64,000 bases of DNA from Terracidiphilus sp. (GTDB lineage: Bacteria; Acidobacteriota; Terriglobia; Terriglobales; Acidobacteriaceae). Under the pieces are notes generated by a model. That model was not told the origin of the DNA. It saw only the letters and a list, made by a program, of their open reading frames with translations, and made no database searches. A program made the translations under genes and the position numbers. Each line of letters begins with the position of its first letter. The first letter of the stretch is position 1. The DNA is taken from contig JBEKWJ010000028.1 of assembly GCA_049513195.1 (NCBI GenBank), positions 31,600 to 95,599 on the forward strand, written 5' to 3'. Positions 1 to 9,254 of the stretch are shown here, one piece after another.

Positions 1-1452
1 CTGGCGGAAATCAGCAGCCAACGCGCCGAACAATTCCTGAACACCTTTTATTTTCAATACGGTCACCGTTCTATCGCCGACCTGGCGCATGTCGCCATGG
101 CGGTCGAGCGGCTCAGCCTGCTGGCTGCCATCGTTCTGGTCGACGAGCAGAGGTGGGACGGCCAGGAGCGCTCCACAAGATACCAAAACTTTCTCAAATC
201 CGGTTGGTTTTTTCCTGACTTTGGTTCAGAATCCAATTCCGCAAAGCTTTATTCCGACACCGTTACCAATCTTTTTGCCGCCTACCAGCGCACCACGGCA
301 GCCGCCCTTGAAGCCCTGCGCCGCCGCGTTCCTTGTCCGGAAACGATGAAGCTCGAGGCCTACGAGCGAACCCTCAAAGCTCGCGCCTTCGATGTGGCCC
401 GCTACCTGCTGCCGCTTGCGACCAACACGTCGCTCGGTCAGATCGTCAATGCTCGCACGCTGGAGACCCAGGTCTCGCGGCTGCTCTCGCACCCGGTCGC
501 CGAAGTGCGCGACCTGGGAACCAAACTCCGCGAAGCTGCAACCGGTGCGGCCTGGAACGTCAACGGCCAGGCCGGGGCCGCGCTGGTGGAAAAACTGGCC
601 GGCCAGCCGGATTTGGCCGCTGAGGCCGCCAGCCTTCTCACCCGCGAACTCCGCAGCGCGCCCACCCTGGTCAAGTACGCCCATTTCAACGATTACGATC
701 TCCAGACCCGGACCGAACTGACCCAGGCCGCCGCCGAATTGTTCGCCTGCCAGCCCATCGCCGCAGCCGCGGTCGTCGATCTGGTCGAGCCCACCGAAAC
801 TCTTGAAGTCGAAGTGGCCTCGACATTGCTTTACTCGGCCAGCCACCACCCCTACCGCCAGATTCGCGACCTGGTCGCCGCGCTGCCCGAGTCGCGCATC
901 AACGAGATCATCGATCTAGGCCTGCGCCATCGCGGCAAGCACGACGAGGCCCTGCGCTCGTTTCACGCCGGAGCAGCGCTTCGCTTTGACATTCTCATGG
1001 ACATCGGCGGCTTCCGCGACATGCATCGCCATCGCCGCTGCACGCAGATCATCCAGCCATTCACAGCCCTGCACGGCTATGAAACTCCCACCTCCGGCGA
1101 CCTTGGTCCCGACATCAGCATCCTGGCCGAAGCCGGCGTTCTCTCTGATTTCCAATCCGCGGTCAAGCAGGCTCACGCCGCCAGCGCGCAGATCGCTGCT
1201 GGCCAGGCCCCTGAAGCCGCCCAATCCGCCCTCTATCTGCTGCCGCTCGCGACGCGCATTCGCTCGCTCTTCAAAATGGACTTCGCCGAGGCGCAGTACA
1301 TCATCGAACTTCGCTCAGGTCCTGCCGGCCATTTCAGCTATCGCCGCGTGGCCTGGGAGATGTTCCTCGTCTTCAAGCGCCAGCATCCGGCCCTGGCGCA
1401 GCACATCCGCGTCACAGATTTCACCAAGCCCATCGACTTGCTGCAGCGGTAA
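1..1452 (+). CDS. thyX: FAD-dependent thymidylate synthase (ThyX/Thy1-like, long form), 5' truncated by the window edge
   Basis: Frame is open from base 1 (LAEISSQRAEQFLNTFYFQYGHRSIADLAH...). Motifs YGHRSIA, QERSTRY, ARYLLPLATNT and RDMHRHRR fit the long ThyX family. Confidence 0.75.
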   Translation: MAEISSQRAEQFLNTFYFQYGHRSIADLAHVAMAVERLSLLAAIVLVDEQRWDGQERSTRYQNFLKSGWFFPDFGSESNSAKLYSDTVTNLFAAYQRTTAAALEALRRRVPCPETMKLEAYERTLKARAFDVARYLLPLATNTSLGQIVNARTLETQVSRLLSHPVAEVRDLGTKLREAATGAAWNVNGQAGAALVEKLAGQPDLAAEAASLLTRELRSAPTLVKYAHFNDYDLQTRTELTQAAAELFACQPIAAAAVVDLVEPTETLEVEVASTLLYSASHHPYRQIRDLVAALPESRINEIIDLGLRHRGKHDEALRSFHAGAALRFDILMDIGGFRDMHRHRRCTQIIQPFTALHGYETPTSGDLGPDISILAEAGVLSDFQSAVKQAHAASAQIAAGQAPEAAQSALYLLPLATRIRSLFKMDFAEAQYIIELRSGPAGHFSYRRVAWEMFLVFKRQHPALAQHIRVTDFTKPIDLLQR

Positions 1453-1472
1453 CGGCAATCGCACTTGCCTAC

Positions 1473-2081
1473 TCATACTCTTCTCGCAACCACCATCGCA
1501 ACAGCCTCTTTCGCGTTGGGAGCCACAAGCAGCAGATCACGATTCTTCTGTTTCACAAACCCGGCTGCCACAGCGGAATCGAGAAATGCCAGCAGCCCGT
1601 CCCAGTAACCGGCGGTGTTGATGAGGATGACGGGTTTGGCGTGCAAGCCTAGTTGCGCCCAGGTGACCACCTCGAACAATTCCTCGATGGTGCCGTAGCC
1701 GCCCGGCAGCACCAGAAACGCATCGGCCAGCTCGACCATTCGCGCCTTGCGTTCGTGCATGGTGGGAACCAGCTCGAACTGGGTCAGCCCGTGGTGGGCA
1801 ATTTCGCGGCCTACCAGAATTTCGGGCAGCACGCCAATCACTTCAGCGCCACCCGCGAGCGCCGCGTTGGCCACTGCGCCCATCAGTCCGACCGACGCTC
1901 CGCCGTAGACCAGCCCCAGTGCTGCGGAGGCAATCGCCTCACCCAACGCGCGAGCCTCGGCGAGATAGGCGGGATTGTTTCCGTTGGCCGATCCGCAGTA
2001 AACCGCCGCGCGGCGAGCGTGCTTCGTGCTCAGCAACGGCGAGTGACCGCCGGGAACTTCGGACTTCTCTGGCAATGTCAT
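1473..2081 (-). CDS. LOG family nucleotide phosphoribohydrolase (TIGR00730)
   Basis: VYCGS, LVYGGASVGLMG, MHERKARM and PGGYGTIEE motifs. Confidence 0.9.
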   Translation of the reverse strand: MTLPEKSEVPGGHSPLLSTKHARRAAVYCGSANGNNPAYLAEARALGEAIASAALGLVYGGASVGLMGAVANAALAGGAEVIGVLPEILVGREIAHHGLTQFELVPTMHERKARMVELADAFLVLPGGYGTIEELFEVVTWAQLGLHAKPVILINTAGYWDGLLAFLDSAVAAGFVKQKNRDLLLVAPNAKEAVAMVVARRV

Positions 2082-2114
2082 GGTGTCTTCAGGATAACTT
2101 GCGAGTGGGGCGAC

Positions 2115-2525
2115 CTAGGCGCGATGCAGGTACTCGGCAGGCATCAGAATCGGAATGCCACGGAAGGGATTGAGCGCCAGCAGATCCTCGTCGCCCGTTA
2201 TGATCAGATCGGCGCGGCCATGCACCGCGACCTCGAGAAATCTGTCATCGCGCGGGTCGCGGCAGGCGCGAATGGGATATGTGATCTGGACCCTTTCGCA
2301 GGCGTTTGCGAATTCGGCCACAAGCTGCTGTCGAATACTGCGCTCGACGTAGCGATCAAAACGGACACGCCCCATGACCTCGACCAACTCCAGCAATGTT
2401 GGATCGGACGCCAACACCTTGCCAGCCTGCGCCTTGAGCAATGCCATACTCGGGGTTGATCCCGGAAAGAGCATTCCGCTCAAGACGACGTTCGTGTCTA
2501 GAACCAGTCGATCGGCACGGGGCAT
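2115..2525 (-). CDS. PIN-domain toxin (type II TA)
   Basis: LVLDTNVVLSG ... CRDPRDDRFLEVA ... IITGDEDLL, PIN acidic tetrad; overlaps the antitoxin stop codon. Confidence 0.9.
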   Translation of the reverse strand: MPRADRLVLDTNVVLSGMLFPGSTPSMALLKAQAGKVLASDPTLLELVEVMGRVRFDRYVERSIRQQLVAEFANACERVQITYPIRACRDPRDDRFLEVAVHGRADLIITGDEDLLALNPFRGIPILMPAEYLHRA

Positions 2526-2770
2526 CAGTCGGCCAGAATCTCAGCGAGCGCCTTTTCGGTCAGTCCATTGGCCTGCGCCTGCTCTGCGGCAACTGCCGAA
2601 AGACGATTGAACTCAGCCCAGGGATCTTTGCTCAGTCGCGCATAGTCCTCGGCAGAGATCAGGACGGCTACGTCCCGATCATGGCGCTGAATCTTAACAG
2701 GCTCCCGCTGAGCGGCATCAATCATGGCGGCAAAGTTCTGGCTGGCCTTGGTGGCGGAGATCGTTTGCAT
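2525..2770 (-). CDS. Phd/YefM-family antitoxin (81 aa; real start inside ORF 2525..3172)
   Basis: MQTISATKASQNFAAMIDAAQREPVKIQRHDRDVAVLIS matches the Phd N-terminal pattern; directly upstream of the PIN gene. Confidence 0.85.
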   Translation of the reverse strand: MQTISATKASQNFAAMIDAAQREPVKIQRHDRDVAVLISAEDYARLSKDPWAEFNRLSAVAAEQAQANGLTEKALAEILAD

Positions 2771-2777
2771 AATCCCT

Positions 2778-2809
2778 ATTATCGATAATTTATTGAATTT
2801 ATGCAAATT
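2778..2809 (-). promoter_or_regulatory. Putative TA autoregulatory operators in an AT-rich promoter
   Basis: Perfect palindrome ATTATCGATAAT (2778-2789) and AATTT-N4-AAATT (2796-2809), 8-40 bp upstream of the antitoxin ATG. Confidence 0.5.
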
Positions 2810-2984
2810 ATCTATTTTATATACTTTTCGCCAGAGCACGTTTCGATTCATCCCGACTCGGGGCATGCAGATTGTGCCTACCACGCCCATAGTACCGTTA
2901 AACTCATAAGAAATCGTCTTCCGCCCGCCGAACTCCCATAAACGGTACACTAGAGACAGGACTCTTCCCGCCTGGACTTGCCTT

Positions 2985-5852
2985 TTGCAGCCGCAGCTCT
3001 CTAATCTGAATCCCGAACAGCGCGCCGCCGTCGAAACCACCGAGGGACCTCTGCTCATTCTTGCCGGGGCGGGCTCGGGCAAAACTCGCGTCATCACCAG
3101 CCGCATCGCCTGGCTGATCCGCGAAAAAGGCATTGCACCCGACTCGATTCTCGCTGTCACATTCACCAACAAAGCCGCCAGCGAGATGGGCGCGCGCGTT
3201 GATCGGCTGCTCGATCACTCTTCGCTGGCCAAGCCTTTGCTCTGTACTTTTCACTCGCTCTGTGTGCGCCTTTTGCGCCGCGACATCGAAGCCCTGAAGG
3301 TGAACGGTGAAGGCCTGACCCGCTCATTTGCCATTTACGACGAGAACGATCAGCAGGCCATCGTGAAGCAGATCATGCGCCGCATGGGCATGGACACCAA
3401 GCAGCTCACACCGCGCACTGTGCTGGGCAAAATTTCCTGGGCCAAGAATCACATGGTCGATCCGCAGGACTATTACCTGAGCTCGAAAGACCCCAACAGC
3501 GAGCGCATTGCCCACATCTATCAGGGCTACAAGGCCGAACTGCGCAAGTGCAATGCTCTCGACTTTGACGATCTTCTGCTGGAGGCCGTACGGCTGCTCA
3601 AGGTCTCCGCCGAGGCCCGCGAACGCTACCAGAACCGCTATCGCTATCTGCTCATCGACGAATACCAGGACACAAACCGTCCGCAGTACGAGCTGATGAA
3701 GCTGCTGGCCGGCGAGCGCAAGAACGTGTGCGCGGTGGGCGACGAGGACCAGAGCATCTACTCCTGGCGCGGCGCCGATATTCGCAACATTCTGGAGTTT
3801 GAAAAGGATTTTCCCAACGCTCGCATCGTAAGGCTGGAACAGAATTACCGATCTACTCAGATCATTCTGGAAGCGGCGGGGGCTGTAGTCTCGAACAACT
3901 TGCAACGCAAAGGCAAGAAGCTGTGGACCGATCGCCAAGGCGGCTCGCTGGTCGGCTATTATGAAGCTCCCGACGGCGAGAACGAAGCTCTCTTCATTGC
4001 GGACCGCATTCAGACTTTTCTGCGTCAGGGAGATACGACCGAAACGCACGAGCCCGGAGCGGCTCACTGCGCGGTACTTTATCGCACGAACGCGCAATCG
4101 CGATTGGTAGAGGAGGCGCTGCGCCGCTATAACATTCGCTACACCATGGTCGGCGGTTTCAGTTTCTATGAGCGCGCGGAGATCAAGGATCTGCTTGCCT
4201 ACCTGAGGCTTATCCGCAACCCGCACGACTCGATGGCCTTGCAGAGGGTGATCAACATTCCGGCGCGCGGCATTGGCAAAACAACCCTCGAAACGCTGGA
4301 GCGGCTGGCTCTCGAAACAGGCGCATCGACCTGGGACGCGCTCAGCGCGGCGATCGCAAACCGCCTCATTCCCACTCGCGCGCTGATGGCCATTGAGTCT
4401 TTCCGCCAGCTTATCCTCGATGCCCAGGCCATGATGGACCCTGACTTTGCCGGCAAGCTTTCAGCTGATGTGGCCGCCGGAGCAGAATCGGAGGCCGACA
4501 CCGGCTTCGAGTTCGGGACGGCGACCGCCGACTCAGACAGCGCCGAATCCGCAACCAGCTTCGACTTTGGCGAATCGACCGATCAGGCACAACTTCCGTC
4601 TCTCGACGCAGGCAGCTTTTCGCCCTTCGCCACGCAACCCAAGCGGCCATTTCTCACCATGCCGAAGCCTGCGAGTCCTGCCCCGCCTAACCCCGATTTT
4701 GAGTCGGACGCGGAAGAAGTCGCGGCTGACGAGCAAGGGCGCGTGAGCGGATTCAGAGCGCCCGGCGATGCTGCTACACTGCCCGAGCTGATTCGCTTTC
4801 TCATTGACCGGACCGGGTATATCAAAGCGCTCGAAACCGAAGGTTCGCCGGAGGCATTCAGTCGCATTGAAAACCTGAAGGAATTGGCGAACGCAGCGCA
4901 CGACGCCGAAGCCCGCGGCGAAACTTTGGCTGAGTTCCTTGACCACGCGGCTCTCTCTTCTGATACCGATCAGTTCGATCCCGAGGCCCGCGTTACCCTG
5001 ATGACTCTGCACGCCGCCAAGGGCCTGGAATTTTCTCTGGTCTTTCTCGCCGGCCTCGAAGAGGGTCTCTTTCCTCACTCCCGCACCCTCAATAATCCTG
5101 ACGAACTCGAGGAAGAACGCCGCCTCTGCTACGTCGGCATGACCAGGGCTATGAACTCGCTGATTCTTACTCGCGCGCATTATCGGAGAAGATACGGCAA
5201 CGACGCCCCCGAAAGGAGCATCCCCTCGCGCTTCCTCGAAGAAGTTCCCATCTCGTTGATAGAAAATCTTGGTGTCAAGCCGCAATCCTCAGCCTGGTCC
5301 ACTCCCGGTTATCCGAATACATTCAACCGCCGACCCGGCGCTGCCAGCGACTTTGGCGACCGGCACTACAACTACGAAGATGAAAGTCAGGAAGCGCCGC
5401 GCTCACCGGCCAACGGCTTTGCGGCCAGCGCAAAGGCCTTTGCCAGCACCGGAAACAAAGGCCATGGCACGAGCGCAAACAGCAAGCCCTTTGTCGCCTC
5501 CTGGATGACTGCCAAGGGAACCTCGACTGGGAAGCAGGCAAGTGCAAAGGGAGAAAGCGCGGAAGCTCCGCAATCGATCGACAACATCGCTCGCTTCTTC
5601 GGAGGCAAGTTGGGTGCCATCAAACCCGGCTCACTCGCCCGGCCCGCGTCATCGAACTCCGCCCTGGATTTGCCCGAACCGAGCGGCGCGGTCAACTTGA
5701 AAAAAGGTCAGCGCGTGCGCCATTCGAAGTACGGCGAAGGCACCATCCTGATGCGCGAAGGCGATGGCGAAGATGCAAAACTCACCGTTCTCTTCTCAAG
5801 CCACGGCATGAAAAAACTGATGGAAAAGTTCGCCAATTTGCGGAAAGTCTGA
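2985..5852 (+). CDS. uvrD: UvrD/PcrA SF1 DNA helicase with C-terminal Tudor-like domain
   Basis: AGAGSGKT, DEYQDTN, VGDEDQSIY, LEQNYRS, TLHAAKGLEF, EEERRLCYVGMTRA; C-terminal GQRVRHSKYGEG. Confidence 0.95.
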   Translation: MQPQLSNLNPEQRAAVETTEGPLLILAGAGSGKTRVITSRIAWLIREKGIAPDSILAVTFTNKAASEMGARVDRLLDHSSLAKPLLCTFHSLCVRLLRRDIEALKVNGEGLTRSFAIYDENDQQAIVKQIMRRMGMDTKQLTPRTVLGKISWAKNHMVDPQDYYLSSKDPNSERIAHIYQGYKAELRKCNALDFDDLLLEAVRLLKVSAEARERYQNRYRYLLIDEYQDTNRPQYELMKLLAGERKNVCAVGDEDQSIYSWRGADIRNILEFEKDFPNARIVRLEQNYRSTQIILEAAGAVVSNNLQRKGKKLWTDRQGGSLVGYYEAPDGENEALFIADRIQTFLRQGDTTETHEPGAAHCAVLYRTNAQSRLVEEALRRYNIRYTMVGGFSFYERAEIKDLLAYLRLIRNPHDSMALQRVINIPARGIGKTTLETLERLALETGASTWDALSAAIANRLIPTRALMAIESFRQLILDAQAMMDPDFAGKLSADVAAGAESEADTGFEFGTATADSDSAESATSFDFGESTDQAQLPSLDAGSFSPFATQPKRPFLTMPKPASPAPPNPDFESDAEEVAADEQGRVSGFRAPGDAATLPELIRFLIDRTGYIKALETEGSPEAFSRIENLKELANAAHDAEARGETLAEFLDHAALSSDTDQFDPEARVTLMTLHAAKGLEFSLVFLAGLEEGLFPHSRTLNNPDELEEERRLCYVGMTRAMNSLILTRAHYRRRYGNDAPERSIPSRFLEEVPISLIENLGVKPQSSAWSTPGYPNTFNRRPGAASDFGDRHYNYEDESQEAPRSPANGFAASAKAFASTGNKGHGTSANSKPFVASWMTAKGTSTGKQASAKGESAEAPQSIDNIARFFGGKLGAIKPGSLARPASSNSALDLPEPSGAVNLKKGQRVRHSKYGEGTILMREGDGEDAKLTVLFSSHGMKKLMEKFANLRKV

Positions 5853-5871
5853 GCTTCACGCCGGGAACGCG

Positions 5872-8349
5872 TCAAAAAGACAGATCCATTTCGTATTCAG
5901 GTATCGCTTCGACCGACTGGAGCGAACCGGCTTGACCGTCTGTGCCCATGGCGGGCGACTTACCCGGATCAAAGACGACCGGAGATTGCTGACTAAGCGG
6001 CAGCACCTGCAAGGTAAATGTCTTCGCCGCGCCTTCGGCAAGAAATCGCTTCATGCCGATCTGCCACTGCGTCCCATTGAAGAAGTTATCGGTCAGCAGA
6101 TGATTGCCGTTGAGTAGACGCGCCTCATCGCCCTGATAACTTACGCGGAGAAATGCATCGCTCAGTCCTGCAAGAGACCTCTGGGCAAAGACAACGCGCC
6201 ACTCGCCCGCCTGCGTGAAGCTTGATTCCTCCGGAGCCCGAACCGGAGCAGATCCTGGCCGCGCCGACTCCGGGTTTAGCTCCGGCGCAGGCGCTTTGCC
6301 CACACCCCTGGTCTGCTCGATTTGAAGCGAAATTTTGCGCTCGGCTTCACGCCATGCCAGATGCTGGAAGATGCCTGCCGCTTCTGTTGTGTTGGCGGCG
6401 ACAGCGCCGTTGCCGGCCGCCGGGCGAACGGCGGGAAAGAACGAAACGTCAAAGGATGGGTCGCCGATCTGGCGCAGCGCGAGCCGCGATCCATCGCTGA
6501 AGACTTGACCCTTGGTGAGCACTAACTGGTCGTGGCCATTGATCTTGATTCTCCACAAATTGGATGCATCATCGCGGCTGAGCAGCACAATGTGTGTGGC
6601 TTCTTTTTTGCCATGAACGGTGATTGCGGAACCCAGGCCCGGCTCAACATTCAGCACTCGGATGAGCTGATCGTCCTTTGCCAGTGAGCCTTTCTCAACC
6701 TGAAGCGCGGACTGACTTCCGGTGGGAAATGCAAACTCCGCGGCTATGCCCGGGATCGCCGAGAAAAACAGATACGTTTCACCGCCCGAGCAAATTTTCA
6801 AAATGGGCTCGGCCGTCGCGTAGATCAGAGTGACGCCATCGACATCTAGATTCACTGGCCAGAAGAAATAGCTGTTCGCGGGAAGAGTAAAAGGCTTGGC
6901 CGGGACCAGCAAGGAACTGCCGGGCAGGCGTAATTCAAATTGCGTTCCCGGCCTGGCGGGCATATCGAGATGACGAACGTAGTGATTGACAAAGAGAAAG
7001 CCGCGCTCTGCATCGAAGCGCGCCGAGGCGCGAACGACCGTTTGATCGCCAGGCCCGGTGGGACGCTGAGAAGGCTGAATGACGCGCGCTTTGGCCAATT
7101 GCGCGCCGTAATCATTGAGAAAATAATGATAGAGTTTCAGCTCTCGCAATGAAGGATTCATCTGTCCGAATTCGCCCAGCGGCGCCTGAAAGTCATAACT
7201 CTTTTCTGGAACGTCGGTTGGATAGCTGGTGCGCTGGGACTCTTGAAGCGTCGTCTTCAGCCCGTCGGGATTCTCGCCTCCCTGGTACATGTAATAGCCG
7301 AGCAGATTGGCGCCCGAACCTACCATGACGGGAAACATCGCGGCGACGTCACTGGTGGCCAATAGCGGCCGGCGATAATATGTGTCTTCGATGCCACCAC
7401 CCACCTCGGCGGTCAGAAATGGCGTCACGGCATCCAGAGCAGTGGTTCGAAGACCGCGATCTCCTGAGCTGGCGGACGCTTCGAGATTGCTTGCCACGCG
7501 ATTATCAAAGCGAAAGGCGAAGACTTCGGCGGGCGGAAGAGTTGTTTTTCCTGGATCCCATGGAGCGTCGGAATACCCTCCATAGACCGGCAGAAACAGA
7601 TCCGCGGGGACCACCGCATTGTCCCATCCAGTGACCGTATACAGCGGCACATCGAACCCACTCTCAATTGCTATTTGCCGCAGAGCGGCCAGATGTTCGC
7701 GTCCCTGTCCTGGGCCATTGAGCGCATACTCGTTTTCGATCTGGATACCGATGACCGGCCCGCCATCCTTCCACAGCAACCCATGAAGCTGCTGGCCGAT
7801 TTGCGCGTAGAATCGCCGCACCTCGGCAAGGTAGACCGGATCGTTGGAGCGCACAGGACTTTTTGCAAGCACCCAATCAGGCAGCCCGCCGTTTCGCACC
7901 TCCCCGTGAGCCCAGGGACCGATGCGCGGATAAAGCAGCATATTGTGCTTTGCGCACAACTCGGCAAATTTTCTCAGATTCCGTTGACCGCTCCAATCGA
8001 ATTGCCCTTCGATCTCTTCGTGATGAATCCAGAAGACGTAGGTCGCGACGACCTGCACGCCGCTGGCCTTCATTTTTAGAATCTCTTCTTCCCAGTAAGC
8101 CTCAGGATAACGGGAGTAATGAAACTCGCCCATCACCGGAATCCAAGGCTTGCCGTCGCGTGTCAGGTACTGGCTGTTGGCTCCGAGAATGGCTCCATCG
8201 GGCGAGCGATTGCTGCCCAACTGAGCGGATACGGGCCGGGGAGCTGGATTGGAACCGGCCGCATCGAAGATCAAGGGACGCACGGACGGTTGAGCGGTCA
8301 AAGTGCAGATCAAGACGAACGGAATAAAAAAAGCCAAAAGTGAACGCAT
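5872..8349 (-). CDS. Secreted GH35 beta-galactosidase-like glycosidase (ORF extends to 8454; start uncertain)
   Basis: GEFHYSRYP, YVFWIHHE, RIGPWAHGEVRNGG, QIENEY acid/base motif, SYDFQAPLGEFG; signal-peptide-like MRSLLAFFIPFVL. Confidence 0.85.
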   Translation of the reverse strand: MRSLLAFFIPFVLICTLTAQPSVRPLIFDAAGSNPAPRPVSAQLGSNRSPDGAILGANSQYLTRDGKPWIPVMGEFHYSRYPEAYWEEEILKMKASGVQVVATYVFWIHHEEIEGQFDWSGQRNLRKFAELCAKHNMLLYPRIGPWAHGEVRNGGLPDWVLAKSPVRSNDPVYLAEVRRFYAQIGQQLHGLLWKDGGPVIGIQIENEYALNGPGQGREHLAALRQIAIESGFDVPLYTVTGWDNAVVPADLFLPVYGGYSDAPWDPGKTTLPPAEVFAFRFDNRVASNLEASASSGDRGLRTTALDAVTPFLTAEVGGGIEDTYYRRPLLATSDVAAMFPVMVGSGANLLGYYMYQGGENPDGLKTTLQESQRTSYPTDVPEKSYDFQAPLGEFGQMNPSLRELKLYHYFLNDYGAQLAKARVIQPSQRPTGPGDQTVVRASARFDAERGFLFVNHYVRHLDMPARPGTQFELRLPGSSLLVPAKPFTLPANSYFFWPVNLDVDGVTLIYATAEPILKICSGGETYLFFSAIPGIAAEFAFPTGSQSALQVEKGSLAKDDQLIRVLNVEPGLGSAITVHGKKEATHIVLLSRDDASNLWRIKINGHDQLVLTKGQVFSDGSRLALRQIGDPSFDVSFFPAVRPAAGNGAVAANTTEAAGIFQHLAWREAERKISLQIEQTRGVGKAPAPELNPESARPGSAPVRAPEESSFTQAGEWRVVFAQRSLAGLSDAFLRVSYQGDEARLLNGNHLLTDNFFNGTQWQIGMKRFLAEGAAKTFTLQVLPLSQQSPVVFDPGKSPAMGTDGQAGSLQSVEAIPEYEMDLSF

Positions 8350-8561
8350 TACCTTGATACCTTTCATACGTGCGTCAGACCCAGCACAGGAGCGGCAAGC
8401 CTGGAACCACCTCTCTGCGTATCGAGAAGGGAGCGGCATGAACAAGCTTTGCATCGGATGCTACGCCGCGCGAATTGCGCGCGAATCGGCGGAAAGTCGG
8501 ATTAGGCTGGATTATTTTTAGAAAAGAACGTGCGGGGGCAATGCTGGAACAAAAGTAACGA

Positions 8562-9209
8562 TTAAATATGAATCAGACCGCGCTGCAAGGCGGCGACCAC
8601 GGCCTGGGTGCGATCACTGACGTTGAGCCGCATCAGGATCACGCTTACATGGCACTTGACGGTAGCTTCGGTGATGCCCAACTGGCCGGCAATCTCGCGG
8701 TTGGAATTACCCTTCGCCACCAGTCCCAACACCTCACGTTCGCGGGCGCTAAGGTTGGAATCGGGTGTGCGCGCGGTGAGCGCCTGCGAAACTGGCGGAG
8801 GAATATAGCGCCCGCCCCCATGAACTCTCTTCACGGCGTTGACCAGCATCTCTTTGGGCATACCCTTGACCAGGTAGCCGGTGGCTCCGGCCTCCATGGC
8901 TTGAAAGATGTCTTCGTCGCCGTCGTAGGTGGTGAGGATGATAAACCGCGCTTTGGGAGACCGGATGCGAATCTGGCGAATGGTTTCGACGCCGCTGATG
9001 CCAGGCAGGCGCAGATCCATCAACGTGATGTCAGGGTCATGAAGCGCGTGCATCTTGAGCGCTTCTTCGCCGCTGCCGGCCTGGGCCACTGCCTCCATGT
9101 CGCTGCAGGAATCGATCAGGGCCGTAATCCCCATGCGCATGATCGGGTGATCGTCGACGATGAGGATGCGGATTGACGCCATAAGCAATCCGATTATAGT
9201 TCCTGGCAT
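8562..9209 (-). CDS. NarL/LuxR-family response regulator
   Basis: Canonical receiver (VDDH, LMDLRLPG, LTT, YLVK) plus LSAREREVL...TVKCHVS HTH. Confidence 0.95.
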   Translation of the reverse strand: MPGTIIGLLMASIRILIVDDHPIMRMGITALIDSCSDMEAVAQAGSGEEALKMHALHDPDITLMDLRLPGISGVETIRQIRIRSPKARFIILTTYDGDEDIFQAMEAGATGYLVKGMPKEMLVNAVKRVHGGGRYIPPPVSQALTARTPDSNLSAREREVLGLVAKGNSNREIAGQLGITEATVKCHVSVILMRLNVSDRTQAVVAALQRGLIHI

Positions 9210-9254
9210 GTGCGGCCGTCAGTGCGGACGCGGAGAACCAGCGCCGGAGTGGCT

